Of a stretch of 62,078 nt of DNA, positions 47,386 to 57,329 are shown piece after piece. Location: positions 1 through 62,078 of the IMG/VR virus record IMGVR_UViG_3300034104_006372. One strand, 5' to 3'. The notes under the pieces were generated by a model, which was given only the letters and a program-made list of their open reading frames with translations, ran no database searches and was not told the origin of the DNA. Position 1 is the first letter of the stretch. Every line of letters starts with the position of its first letter. The translations under genes and the position numbers were made by a program. The stretch is from a virus (Duplodnaviria; Caudoviricetes).

Positions 47386-47751
47386 TTATGTAAGTGAACT
47401 AGTAATTTGTATCCCACTAGTAGCTTGAGCAATTTGAATTTGAGTATTTAAAAGTTCTTCTCTTAAATTAGCTATTTCATCTTGTAGTGCTCTAATTTCT
47501 TCGGAATTAGCTTCAAAATTTATATATTCACCACTTTGTTGAACTAAAAATTCATGAGAATTGGTTTCACCATTGGGTGGTATATCATAAAACAATTGAT
47601 TATATAACTCAAAAAATTGTTCTACAGTAGGTTGGGATTGAAGGTCATCAGAAATAGTTGTAACTCCAAATTCTCTAAAACTAGTATCTATAGTTTTTGA
47701 ATATTGGTTTTTATCAAATACACTTTTTTTAGTATCTATCTTTTGTTCCAT
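47386..47751 (-). CDS. baseplate-cluster hypothetical protein
   Basis: ORF, coupled; C-terminal coiled coil. Confidence 0.65.
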   Translation of the reverse strand: MEQKIDTKKSVFDKNQYSKTIDTSFREFGVTTISDDLQSQPTVEQFFELYNQLFYDIPPNGETNSHEFLVQQSGEYINFEANSEEIRALQDEIANLREELLNTQIQIAQATSGIQITSSLT

Positions 47752-48902
47752 TATCCATTAACTATTTTAAAGTAATAATTATCGTCTTTTATCATAGTAC
47801 TACCACTTATAGTAGTTTGGATTAATATTTTATAATATCTTTCAGGTTCTAACCCATTCATATAAACATCAAAATAATTTCCTTTAATAGGATCACAACT
47901 TATTTTTGTAAATTTAGAATCAAAATCTATTACAAATTCATTAGTATCTAAATCTTTTATAGCATATAAAGAATCACTATTTAAAACTTTATTATTAGTA
48001 TATACTGAAGTGGTTTGGAAAGTTCTAGTAGGAAATTCTTCTCTAACATTTATACCAAATCTATTTACACTATCTGTATAAAATATACCTGGGTTATTAT
48101 CTAATGAAGCATAAAAATTACTAGTAGTAATAGGGGATAAACTTCCAGAATCATATATTTGATCATTCCATTTTATTTCTAAACATGGAGGATATATTGT
48201 ATTAGTATCTATTGAATAGAATTGCATTATAGGTTGAACAGCATCACTAGTACTAAATTCAACAGCTTTTTCCCATTTAACTATAAATCCATTATTTTGT
48301 ATATTAGTGTAACCCCCAATAGAATTTGAACTAGAATACCATACTTTTACAATATCAGATACATCTACATTTAAATCTTTAGTTGTTCTATAATCAAAAC
48401 TTTGGGTAGGAGTTAACTTAGTATGATTAGGATCATTAGATCCAGTATACCATGTTCCACCTCCTACAAAACTCCCAGAATAAGATCCAGTTACATATGT
48501 TGGATAATTCCCACTATCCCAAAGTGCTCCATTTTCATATGTTCTATATCTCCAGCTTACACCATTAGTAGTAAAAGGAGAATCTAAATAAGTACCAGAT
48601 CCATTATTCCAGGAAACAGACACAGGATATACTTCTAAATCTGTTTGTGCAACTACTCCTTGGGCAGTAGCTATAAAGCATTTTAAACTACTAGAAAAAT
48701 TAGTACCTCCAACTTTGTTATCTATAACATCCTCAATTTCGGATTGATCAAATTGAACTAAAAATCTAAATACCTGTGGTACAGGATCGTAGTTAACGTT
48801 TAAATTTCCTATCTCAATAATAGAGTCAATCCCAGTATTCATAGTGGGATAAAAAGAATATATACTAGCGTCCTTTGAAGGAAATAATTTGTATACTGCC
48901 AT
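47751..48902 (-). CDS. virion structural protein
   Basis: KDASIYS..NTG.D; NNGFIVK; TNTIYPPCLE; baseplate cluster. Confidence 0.65.
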   Translation of the reverse strand: MAVYKLFPSKDASIYSFYPTMNTGIDSIIEIGNLNVNYDPVPQVFRFLVQFDQSEIEDVIDNKVGGTNFSSSLKCFIATAQGVVAQTDLEVYPVSVSWNNGSGTYLDSPFTTNGVSWRYRTYENGALWDSGNYPTYVTGSYSGSFVGGGTWYTGSNDPNHTKLTPTQSFDYRTTKDLNVDVSDIVKVWYSSSNSIGGYTNIQNNGFIVKWEKAVEFSTSDAVQPIMQFYSIDTNTIYPPCLEIKWNDQIYDSGSLSPITTSNFYASLDNNPGIFYTDSVNRFGINVREEFPTRTFQTTSVYTNNKVLNSDSLYAIKDLDTNEFVIDFDSKFTKISCDPIKGNYFDVYMNGLEPERYYKILIQTTISGSTMIKDDNYYFKIVNG

Positions 48903-48905
48903 TTT

Positions 48906-50747
48906 TTATATAGTTACTACTCTTCCTTTAATATCTGTATTTGGGTATTTTAATTCAAATATAGAAGGATCAAGTGAAGGGTATATAATACCTTTTTGTG
49001 TAGCTCCTGCTATATCATAAGCATATTGTGAATATCCAGAGGTTGTCCCTGCTTTATTTGTAATATTTACTTTATTTATAGTTTGAACACCTTCAATATT
49101 ATCTAATAAAATATTTATATCTCTTAACACTATAGGTTGATTAATCTGCCAATTATTTATATTAAAATAATTTTGCAATGAAGAAATACATCTAAATATC
49201 ACCTCATTACTATTATAATTAGGTAAAGTTATTATCTCAAAATCACATGCTATATTAATAACAAACGCATCTTTAATAGAAATTGTATCACCAATCATCC
49301 TATATTGATTAATATAGGTTTTTAAATTATTTTTTAATGTAGTAGAAGTATTTACTAAATTACCAGATGAATTGTAAGTTAAAACATATAAATCTAATGT
49401 AGTGTTAGCATCATTTGCTTTTGGTTTTTCTGTGTATGCTTTAGCTACTATTCCATATCTTGGAGACATACTTAAAGCTCTAACCAAATAATCATCAGCA
49501 GTTACATTTCGTAACTGGGTAGAGAAGTTTGATATAGAATTTTGTCTTATTTCTTCTATACTATCTCCATCTTGACCCCCACTAGCTGCTGATTCATTAT
49601 TAGAGGCAACAGAATTAAATATATATTGTGCTGTAGTAGAGTTTAAGTTATTTTTTAAAAATCTAATAGTACCAGTATTAAGTGTAGTTAAATCATTAGC
49701 ATTAACATTAGATCCAACTCCCCCACCTGTTAAGTATCTTACAGTTAAAGTAGTATTAGATGGAGCAATCCCATAAGTATTTGTAAATATAAAATTAGTA
49801 GGAGAATATGCAGTTGTTAATTTATTTTTTTCAAATGGTAAACCTAATCCTACATTTGAAGGATTAGGAATTACATTCTCATCATTATCATTTGGGTTAC
49901 CAGATCCAAACTGTAATTGTAAAGTGGTAGGATTTAAAAATCTAGTTGTAAATCTACGTTGTACTTGTTTAGTTTGTAAAATGTAAGGAGTATTATCACT
50001 ATTTTGGTAATTATTGGGATCATTTATATTAGTATTTTTTATACCATCAAACACCAATTCCTGTGCTAAATGATCAACTTCATACCATATATTACCGTCA
50101 GAATCCACGATATCTAATATACCAGCAATATCTGCCCCGTTAATAGTTACTGTGGAAAATTCCACAGGAGATCCAAATGAAAAACTAATAGTATTAATTG
50201 TCCCGGATGTTGCCTTACGAGTTTTTTTAAGTAGATAATAGGTAGGACTTCCACCAGATACTTGAGCTACACTGATTGTAGTAGGATCTAAGGAACTAGA
50301 TATAGTAAAATCTATAGGATCTTCAATTATAAATTTAGTATTAGAAGATCTAGAAGATACTTGAGTATTTGTATCTACATAAAGAGCATAATCATAATCA
50401 GGTACTACATTTAACCCAACAGTTTTAGAAGGTATTAATTGATAAAAATCAATGTCTACTGTAGCTAATCCTGTTGTTTTAGGTTTATATCCAAACATAT
50501 ATGCTAATTCATATAAATTATTAGATTGTCTTGCATATTGTAAAAAGTTTTCCTGTATCTGGTTATCTAGATAAAATGATAAAACATCACCTACATAAGA
50601 GGCCATTTCCATAAACATTACCCCTGGGGAGGATGGAGTAAAGTCTGTATATGTGTTTGGGAAATAGGTTTGTGCGTAATTTAGAAGTTGGGATCTAAAT
50701 TCGTTAAAATTTTTATTTATGTATTTTATATCTCTATTTACTGCCAT
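48906..50747 (-). CDS. baseplate wedge subunit (T4 gp6-like)
   Basis: YTDF..SPGVMFMEMASYVGDVLSFYLD, LQFGSG, Q.RNVTADDY. Confidence 0.85.
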   Translation of the reverse strand: MAVNRDIKYINKNFNEFRSQLLNYAQTYFPNTYTDFTPSSPGVMFMEMASYVGDVLSFYLDNQIQENFLQYARQSNNLYELAYMFGYKPKTTGLATVDIDFYQLIPSKTVGLNVVPDYDYALYVDTNTQVSSRSSNTKFIIEDPIDFTISSSLDPTTISVAQVSGGSPTYYLLKKTRKATSGTINTISFSFGSPVEFSTVTINGADIAGILDIVDSDGNIWYEVDHLAQELVFDGIKNTNINDPNNYQNSDNTPYILQTKQVQRRFTTRFLNPTTLQLQFGSGNPNDNDENVIPNPSNVGLGLPFEKNKLTTAYSPTNFIFTNTYGIAPSNTTLTVRYLTGGGVGSNVNANDLTTLNTGTIRFLKNNLNSTTAQYIFNSVASNNESAASGGQDGDSIEEIRQNSISNFSTQLRNVTADDYLVRALSMSPRYGIVAKAYTEKPKANDANTTLDLYVLTYNSSGNLVNTSTTLKNNLKTYINQYRMIGDTISIKDAFVINIACDFEIITLPNYNSNEVIFRCISSLQNYFNINNWQINQPIVLRDINILLDNIEGVQTINKVNITNKAGTTSGYSQYAYDIAGATQKGIIYPSLDPSIFELKYPNTDIKGRVVTI

Positions 50748-51154
50748 TATGTAAATGTTAATTGTAATTTATCGTTTATTCCTGTATTACTAATGCTATA
50801 CTTGATAATTATATTGATTGTGTTATAATCTTCTTGACTTAGAACTTCCACGGAATTTACAATAACGTTAGGAAAGTTATTTGTCAATTTTTGTTGAATA
50901 TCTTCTTTTATAAAATCAAGATTACCATTATTAATCTGGTTGAAAATATATCTTCTTAATCCTGCTCCAAATGTTGGATTAGCAGGCCTTTCACCAGGAT
51001 TAGTTAAAAAATAATTAATCAGGTTATTTTTAATAGCATCTTTAGTTGTATAGTTTAAAACAAAAACACCCGCTCCATTAAATGGAAGATCTACACCTAT
51101 AGCAGTTCTAGGTTTTAAATCATTAGGGAATATCTGTTTTGCACCAAATGCCAT
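50747..51154 (-). CDS. baseplate wedge/sheath initiator (gp25-like)
   Basis: IKNNL..FLTNPGER..PTFGAGL. Confidence 0.85.
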   Translation of the reverse strand: MAFGAKQIFPNDLKPRTAIGVDLPFNGAGVFVLNYTTKDAIKNNLINYFLTNPGERPANPTFGAGLRRYIFNQINNGNLDFIKEDIQQKLTNNFPNVIVNSVEVLSQEDYNTINIIIKYSISNTGINDKLQLTFT

Positions 51155-51522
51155 TATTTTTTATTCATTAAACCCATGATCATATTCATTGGTACTTCTC
51201 CTTCAGGTAATCTACCATTTGGAGAAGCTGTGTCCATAGAACCATTTAATTGTAATGGCTTTCCTACTTGAGAAGTGTTAAATGAAGCTGCAGTTTCACC
51301 TAATATATTTCTATAGTTTTCTCTAAGTTGTTCTTTTGAAACTGTAGATGTAGATGGAGGAGAAGGTGGAAGATAATTAGCTGTAGGTGATGGATTGTAA
51401 ATTTGGGTTTCTACAACAGGTTTAGGGGTACGAATAGCTTCAAGTAAAAGATCTTTTAGCTCTTCTTGTATCGCACCTTTTACTTCTTCTCTAATGATTT
51501 TTCTTAATATGTCTAATTTCAT
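51154..51522 (-). CDS. hypothetical virion protein
   Basis: MKLDILRKIIREEV..IQEE tag-like N-terminus. Confidence 0.6.
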   Translation of the reverse strand: MKLDILRKIIREEVKGAIQEELKDLLLEAIRTPKPVVETQIYNPSPTANYLPPSPPSTSTVSKEQLRENYRNILGETAASFNTSQVGKPLQLNGSMDTASPNGRLPEGEVPMNMIMGLMNKK

Positions 51523-51537
51523 AATATTAGTATATGT

Positions 51538-51545
51538 TATAAATA
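51538..51545 (-). promoter_or_regulatory. putative late promoter TATTTATA
   Basis: Recurrent motif. Confidence 0.65.
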
Positions 51546-51550
51546 TGGTT

Positions 51551-53131
51551 TTAGAATGCTTTTAAATTATTTGATTGAATATAAAACGCTAGTTCGTTAA
51601 TTAGTATTTGATCACTAGAACTGAATGATGGGTCTCCTTTAACTAGCACAATACCTTGTGAATTTTTACCAACTGCTTGTCTTCTTTTTAAATTTCCTAC
51701 AGTATTTTGGTCCATAGCTTGTACTTCTAGAGTAAATCCATTTATGGTAGTTGGAGAGGATACTCCCTCTTCATTAGCTTCATTTGATAAATCTATTAAT
51801 TCTTGAGATAAAGCTTCGGGTTGCACATTGAGTTCAGTAGCACATTCTTGAGTTAATTCATCTAATAATTTTAATAGAACTAATATTGTGGCAACGGCAG
51901 CTGTTAATAAAACTAAACCATTTACAATTTGTTTATTTAATTCAGTATTATCACTTTCTAATTCTGTTAATACTTGTTCTACTTCTTGTAATTTGGCAAC
52001 CGCACTATATGGAACTCCTACTCCTATTGGAGCACCTAAAGGTAAAGGTAAATTTAAAATAATACTTTTATTAGACTTTAATAAGGCAGCTATAGCAGTA
52101 AGAGCTGCAGCTATAGCAGTATTTAAAGTAATTTGTTTAAATATTTGATTTAACTGTCTAACAACTCTATTTCGACGTTCAGTATTAGTATTTAGGGTAG
52201 AAGCTGAAGGGCATACTTTTTGGTTTTTTTCACTTAATTTAGTAATACCAAAAGCTAACAATAATTCAATAGCTAAAGGAAGTAATCGGGTTTGAATAAT
52301 ATTAATACTTTTTAATATTTGTTGTTTTCTAAAAACTAAAACTTTTTCTTTAGGAGCTAGGAGAACTTCTCTTGTAGTTTTATATATAGGATAATATTCA
52401 CCTAAATATTCAGGGAGAGCATCACTTGCGGCTTGAGCTAAGCTTACTAAAGAAAAAATAGGCAAAACTTCTTTAACTTCCCTTTCTCCTGTTGATAAAG
52501 ATTGTGGGAGAGGAAGATATGATTCTTTAGTATATAAAACATATGCTTCAATTAATAATTTGTTATTAAATGGAAGATAGGGTAAACGGTAGTTAATTTT
52601 AAAAGAACCTTTATTATCAGTATAAATATCTCTTTGTGTAATATTTCCTTCTTCATCTTTAATTCTTTCTCCAGAAATAGGAATAACTCCCCCAGTATTA
52701 GGATCTTTAATAGCTATTTGAACTTTAACTCCTTCTAAGGGTTGTTTTGTAAATTGATCAAATACTCTTCCTGAAGTAGTATATGCTTTAAATTTAGGAA
52801 TGAATTGACCTAATGTTCCACCTCTTTCTTTTCTTTCTTCTGCTCGTTTTTCTCTTTCTTTTCTTCTTTCTTCTATCCTTTTTTCTCTTTCTTCACGATT
52901 TTTAGCTCTTTCGTCTTGACGAGCTGTTTTTCTTTCTTCTCGAGATAAAGTTGGTTTTTGGGTTGTATCATTTCCATTAACTCTAGATTGTGATTCTAGT
53001 GCTCTAGATTGTATTTCAGATTTAATTTGATTTTCGAGTGAACTCAAATCAATATCTTTACCTATCAGTTTTTTGCCTGCATCTGAAAAAAGAAATTCTT
53101 GAGCTAATTGTAATAATTGTTCTTCTCCCAT
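51551..53131 (-). CDS. structural protein with an ER/K helix, a CarboxypepD_reg-like domain and hydrophobic helices
   Basis: REERK..EERKER; SGRVFD..PLEGVKV..TDNKGSF; two hydrophobic stretches. Confidence 0.55.
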   Translation of the reverse strand: MGEEQLLQLAQEFLFSDAGKKLIGKDIDLSSLENQIKSEIQSRALESQSRVNGNDTTQKPTLSREERKTARQDERAKNREEREKRIEERRKEREKRAEERKERGGTLGQFIPKFKAYTTSGRVFDQFTKQPLEGVKVQIAIKDPNTGGVIPISGERIKDEEGNITQRDIYTDNKGSFKINYRLPYLPFNNKLLIEAYVLYTKESYLPLPQSLSTGEREVKEVLPIFSLVSLAQAASDALPEYLGEYYPIYKTTREVLLAPKEKVLVFRKQQILKSINIIQTRLLPLAIELLLAFGITKLSEKNQKVCPSASTLNTNTERRNRVVRQLNQIFKQITLNTAIAAALTAIAALLKSNKSIILNLPLPLGAPIGVGVPYSAVAKLQEVEQVLTELESDNTELNKQIVNGLVLLTAAVATILVLLKLLDELTQECATELNVQPEALSQELIDLSNEANEEGVSSPTTINGFTLEVQAMDQNTVGNLKRRQAVGKNSQGIVLVKGDPSFSSSDQILINELAFYIQSNNLKAF

Positions 53132-54397
53132 TTAAATAGTTTTAGAAAATCTAGATAGATAATTTTTATCTTTTATAAGATTAATTATAGTTTTCAACTG
53201 AGAGGCAGCAGCAGGTGCTCCACCTTTTAATGCCGGTTCTGCAACTAAGGCATCGCAAAGTAAATTCATAGCTTCCAATAAAACCTTAAATTGTTTTATA
53301 AAGCTATCCCCTAAAAGTAGAGACTCCCCAGCATTAATTCCTCCCAATTTAATCAAATCTCCAGTTAAAGTAACATTTTTTCTAGTACTAATTCCTATAT
53401 CTTCGTTAGCAGATAATGATATAACTTTTTGGGAAGATAAAAGAATACTATCAGTTGATGAGTTGAATAAAATTCTCCCTGAATTTAGTATTATTTGATT
53501 TTGATTATATGAAATAGGATATAATGGGATTTGGTCTGTAGAAATACCTGAATAGTTTTTGCTAGAAATATTTATAGGAATTCTTTGAGTAGAGGTGATA
53601 TAAATAGAAGATAAATCATTGTTTATACTTTCTACTAAAGGTAACCATCCTTCCTCTGAAGAATTTATTGGTTGACCATTTCTTATTATAATAATGGGAT
53701 CACCTTCATTTCCTATAGTAGACCAATTATTTTGATATAAACTGTTAGATTTAACAGTACTCCCTAATCTAATACTATTACCAAATCTTCCCTCAAATAT
53801 ATTATCTCCAGTAAAAGGTAAAATAGGGTGGATGTTAATTCGTTCAACAAATTTTCCTCCACTATTATTAGTAGAATTTAAATTTATTTCTGTAGAATTA
53901 TCAGTTACTCTTCGTACATTCCCACTTTCTATAGATTTATAATCTTTTCTTTGAGCTTCAGGTATAGTACTACTATTTTGAGGATTAGGAAAAGCATTGT
54001 GATGGGGATGATTCCATAATGATATTACATTTAAATAATAAAAAACTTCATTATCAGTTAAATTATTTAATGAATCTGTATCTGGAAGGCTTATTAAAAA
54101 TACAATTTCGTTTTTTAAAGGGAAGGTTTTAGTATTAGCTAATAAAGGTTTAGCTATACTTTTTTCTGCTCTTTCACCTTCAGGAGAGAGAATTAATTCA
54201 TATTTTATAGTGCCAATCCCATTCCATTCCCCTAAATTTACAAAATCAGGGTGAGTTTCATCGAGTATAATATCAACTACACGGGCCGGAACAAGTTTAT
54301 TATTTAAACTTTCAATTTGTTTGCTTATAGCACTAATTGAATTATCCGGTTTGTAGGGTTGATTTATTCCTGCAAATCCAAATTTACTGCCTATCAT
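53132..54397 (-). CDS. baseplate hub/central spike protein (gp5/gpV-like)
   Basis: PLKNEIV, GDNIFEGRFGNSIRLG, QIILNSGRILFNS, LLLGD. Confidence 0.6.
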   Translation of the reverse strand: MIGSKFGFAGINQPYKPDNSISAISKQIESLNNKLVPARVVDIILDETHPDFVNLGEWNGIGTIKYELILSPEGERAEKSIAKPLLANTKTFPLKNEIVFLISLPDTDSLNNLTDNEVFYYLNVISLWNHPHHNAFPNPQNSSTIPEAQRKDYKSIESGNVRRVTDNSTEINLNSTNNSGGKFVERINIHPILPFTGDNIFEGRFGNSIRLGSTVKSNSLYQNNWSTIGNEGDPIIIIRNGQPINSSEEGWLPLVESINNDLSSIYITSTQRIPINISSKNYSGISTDQIPLYPISYNQNQIILNSGRILFNSSTDSILLSSQKVISLSANEDIGISTRKNVTLTGDLIKLGGINAGESLLLGDSFIKQFKVLLEAMNLLCDALVAEPALKGGAPAAASQLKTIINLIKDKNYLSRFSKTI

Positions 54398-54738
54398 TTT
54401 TTATTCTTATCAGAATTAATTTTTTCTAATTCTTCCATTAATTGTTGTTTTTCTTCCTCGGTAATCCCCAACGATTCTTCACCACTACTACTATTCATCG
54501 CACGCTGTATGATAGTAGCCATTTTAATTAATTGTTCGTCGTTTTTAACGCCAATTTCTAAATATTCTTTAATGAGTGGAACAATTAAGGTAGCATCTCC
54601 TATATCACTAATAAGAGGCTTTAATTCAGCAATCAATCCTGATATTTGTTTTTCTTTTCTTTTCTGGTTATCGTATATTTCACCTAGTATATCCGAGAAT
54701 TTTTTCTTCCCAAATACTACACTATCTAATGATCCCAT
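54394..54738 (-). CDS. helical hypothetical protein
   Basis: ORF with a late motif upstream. Confidence 0.65.
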   Translation of the reverse strand: MGSLDSVVFGKKKFSDILGEIYDNQKRKEKQISGLIAELKPLISDIGDATLIVPLIKEYLEIGVKNDEQLIKMATIIQRAMNSSSGEESLGITEEEKQQLMEELEKINSDKNKK

Positions 54739-54752
54739 AATATTTATTTTGT

Positions 54753-54760
54753 TATAAATA
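54753..54760 (-). promoter_or_regulatory. putative late promoter TATTTATA
   Basis: Recurrent motif. Confidence 0.65.
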
Positions 54761-54776
54761 TAGATATAAAAAAAAC

Positions 54777-55478
54777 TTAAAATTTAGCGTATCCGTTTTC
54801 AAGATAAAAAACATAATTGGTTTTAAAAATATCGTATAGTTGATTAGATATTTTAGTTATTTTAGGGGTTTTAACATCAATTATTTCTCTGATGTAGATA
54901 TAAAGTGCTTTTTTATTAAAAATCTCTAAATTTTCTCTATTTCTAAAAATTTCAAGTATTGCATCTGCTACTTGAGCATCATTCTTTTTAGGAAATAATT
55001 CAAATATATTTTTAGTGCAGTGTTCAACATACAAATCTAAATACTTATCTAGTTCGTTTTTAGAATTATCTTCTAAAGTATAAAAATGTGTAGTACCTTC
55101 TTTGTCTAATTCACCAATTTCCGTTTTATTTACTTTTTTATTATAATTTTTGGTATTATACAATATAAGCCATCTTTTAACAATAGTTCCAAAATAAGAA
55201 TAAGCTTTAGCTCCTCTGGATGGGTCAAATAAATGGATTTTAGATAGAAGGAAAGTAATTATTTCATGTTGCAGATGTTCTAATTCCTCTACTTCGGTAT
55301 GATAAAATTTAAAAGTATGAATTATATTTTGGGTTAATTTGAAAAAAGCATAGTGAATATGTCTTTCATATATTCTACTTCTTTCTTCAAAATCTTTTGA
55401 ATTATTATATAATACAATATAATCTTCGGTTTCTTGAGTAAAATAGTTTTTACTCTTAGGTTTTCTTTTTTTTATCAT
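54777..55478 (-). CDS. late-transcription sigma factor (T4 gp55-like)
   Basis: FDPSRGAKAYSYFGTIVKRWLI resembles sigma region 2 of gp55-type proteins. Confidence 0.6.
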   Translation of the reverse strand: MIKKRKPKSKNYFTQETEDYIVLYNNSKDFEERSRIYERHIHYAFFKLTQNIIHTFKFYHTEVEELEHLQHEIITFLLSKIHLFDPSRGAKAYSYFGTIVKRWLILYNTKNYNKKVNKTEIGELDKEGTTHFYTLEDNSKNELDKYLDLYVEHCTKNIFELFPKKNDAQVADAILEIFRNRENLEIFNKKALYIYIREIIDVKTPKITKISNQLYDIFKTNYVFYLENGYAKF

Positions 55479-55484
55479 AAAAAA

Positions 55485-55751
55485 TTAGTTTTTGTACTGA
55501 GAGAGAATGTTTTGGATTTTTTTAAGTTCGTTGAAAAACCAACCAATTTCGTCATCAGATTTAAAAATTTCTTTTTCGTCTATCTCCTTTATTCTCTTTT
55601 CAGAATTTTTAATTATTTCTGAAATTGATGAGATATAGTTTTGTTGAGAGACAATTATATCTTCGGCTTTTTCGTTTTTGATTAGAAGGTTGATGGTCGT
55701 GTATCCTAAGACCACGACCATTATTCCTAAAATTATTATAGTTTCTATCAT
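55485..55751 (-). CDS. small membrane-anchored protein
   Basis: N-terminal TM; DDEIGWFF. Confidence 0.65.
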   Translation of the reverse strand: MIETIIILGIMVVVLGYTTINLLIKNEKAEDIIVSQQNYISSISEIIKNSEKRIKEIDEKEIFKSDDEIGWFFNELKKIQNILSQYKN

Positions 55752-55752
55752 A

Positions 55753-56538
55753 TTACAAATCGTCTAACATATTTTTTAAACCTACGCTAGATAAACTACC
55801 TAGAGCTTTGGTTTTTACATTAGTTTTAGTTTTATTATTCAATGTAAAACTCTTCTTTGACTCCTCCAAATTATCTTGTTTTTTTTCTTTAAATTTAGGC
55901 AACCATTCTTTTTCAAATTCTACTCTTGCAGCCAATAAGTCTGCCTGGTGTAGAATGTATGGTAGACAAGTTCTAGGTTTCTGTTCGGGCATAAAGTTCA
56001 ATAAGTACTTTTTATTTCCTTCATCATATAATCCATCATGTGTCTGAATAGCTACCATCTCATTAAAGGTATATTGGATACCATGAGACTGAAGTAGGAA
56101 TAATCCTCTATCTGGAACGGAGGAAAATGGAAGTTGATTATTAAACATGTAATCTTCTCCTAATTTATCTTTTCTCCATTGATCTGTCTGGGGGATATAC
56201 GATTCATGATTTTCATCACCCATTTTGCCGAGGTCATGATTAATAGCGGAAAATACCAACTCTTCTACCGTAAAAGTTGACATATTTGCATCGAATTTCT
56301 CCCATACTAAATATAACTTGATAGCAGCTTGTACTACTCTATTAACATGTTCTACATACCCTCCAGGAAATGCATTGTGATATTCTTTTTTATGAGCAGC
56401 AGGCATCAAAATAAGCCTGTCTTCATATTTTTTATAGAACGCCAATAATTTTTCTTTTCTAGGAGAAGAAATATGTAAATCAATATTCTTCAAAAATTCA
56501 TTCCAATTACCTTGGATTTGTTCAGCTGTTAGTTTCAT
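55753..56538 (-). CDS. HD-domain phosphohydrolase (YhaM-like)
   Basis: HNAFPGGYVEH, HDLGK, THDG, LHQAD. Confidence 0.85.
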   Translation of the reverse strand: MKLTAEQIQGNWNEFLKNIDLHISSPRKEKLLAFYKKYEDRLILMPAAHKKEYHNAFPGGYVEHVNRVVQAAIKLYLVWEKFDANMSTFTVEELVFSAINHDLGKMGDENHESYIPQTDQWRKDKLGEDYMFNNQLPFSSVPDRGLFLLQSHGIQYTFNEMVAIQTHDGLYDEGNKKYLLNFMPEQKPRTCLPYILHQADLLAARVEFEKEWLPKFKEKKQDNLEESKKSFTLNNKTKTNVKTKALGSLSSVGLKNMLDDL

Positions 56539-56554
56539 AACCCTTTATATTAAT

Positions 56555-56752
56555 TTAAAATTTATTTACTTCATTAGGCGATAAAGGTTCGGCCTCTATC
56601 ATACTCTTTAAATCTTCAATAACATCTAATCCTTTTTCTATGTTTTGAAGATAAACTTCTACAGGTTCTTTAGTTTTAACAATACGTTGTAGATTGATTA
56701 AAGTAGATTCAAGATATTCTACTTTCTTTTGCATTAAGCTTCGATTTCTCAT
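56555..56752 (-). CDS. hypothetical protein
   Basis: ORF downstream of the promoter at 56848. Confidence 0.6.
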   Translation of the reverse strand: MRNRSLMQKKVEYLESTLINLQRIVKTKEPVEVYLQNIEKGLDVIEDLKSMIEAEPLSPNEVNKF

Positions 56753-56847
56753 TTTTATTTTATTTATTTATATTTCCTTCCCCCCGGGTTCTATTCCCTT
56801 TCCTTCCCTTCTTCTCCCTTTCTCTCATTTCTTTAAATCCCGTGATA

Positions 56848-56878
56848 TAAAGTTAATCAAGAGAGATGGGGGAATCAA
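56848..56878 (-). promoter_or_regulatory. host-type promoter TTG-N20-TAACTTTA
   Basis: 20-nt spacer. Confidence 0.55.
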
Positions 56879-57294
56879 GTCGTTTGTAAAGACTCTTCGA
56901 TAAGTTTTTTTATTTTAAACAAGTGACTACATTTCTCGTATTCTTCTCTTTCTTCAAAAAAAGATATAGATGTATTTACATTTAACATTAAATCTTCAAA
57001 ATCATAACATTTTAAAGCATCAATGTGCTGTTGATTCTCTACATTAATATCTTTAATATAAAAAAATGCTCTATTAAATGTTATAAATCTAGAAGAAGAA
57101 TCTATATAATCCTTATCATAATTCAGATCAGCACTATCAAGAAATTTTTTAAATTTTATATTGAATATAGTATTATTTCTAATAATTTTATTAAACATTC
57201 CTATTTTAACATAAGGATTATCCATAAAGTTTTCATAAACTTCTATAGTATCCTCATTTTGAAATAGACTAAATATATTATCTTTAGGAATCAT
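56875..57294 (-). CDS. hypothetical protein with a UVR-like C-terminal motif
   Basis: FEEREEYEKC. Confidence 0.6.
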   Translation of the reverse strand: MIPKDNIFSLFQNEDTIEVYENFMDNPYVKIGMFNKIIRNNTIFNIKFKKFLDSADLNYDKDYIDSSSRFITFNRAFFYIKDINVENQQHIDALKCYDFEDLMLNVNTSISFFEEREEYEKCSHLFKIKKLIEESLQTT

Positions 57295-57329
57295 TTAAAA
57301 GATTGTCATATTTGCAATCATAAATACCA

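Noticed and set aside
54394-54738. Terminase small subunit call
   Set aside because: Size and helical character fit, but no diagnostic motif or adjacency to terL; left as hypothetical
474-57267. Numerous plus-strand ORFs in the track (e.g. 474..938, 8735..9322, 28753..29262)
   Set aside because: They are antisense shadows of well-supported minus-strand genes, with S/F/L-rich low-complexity translations
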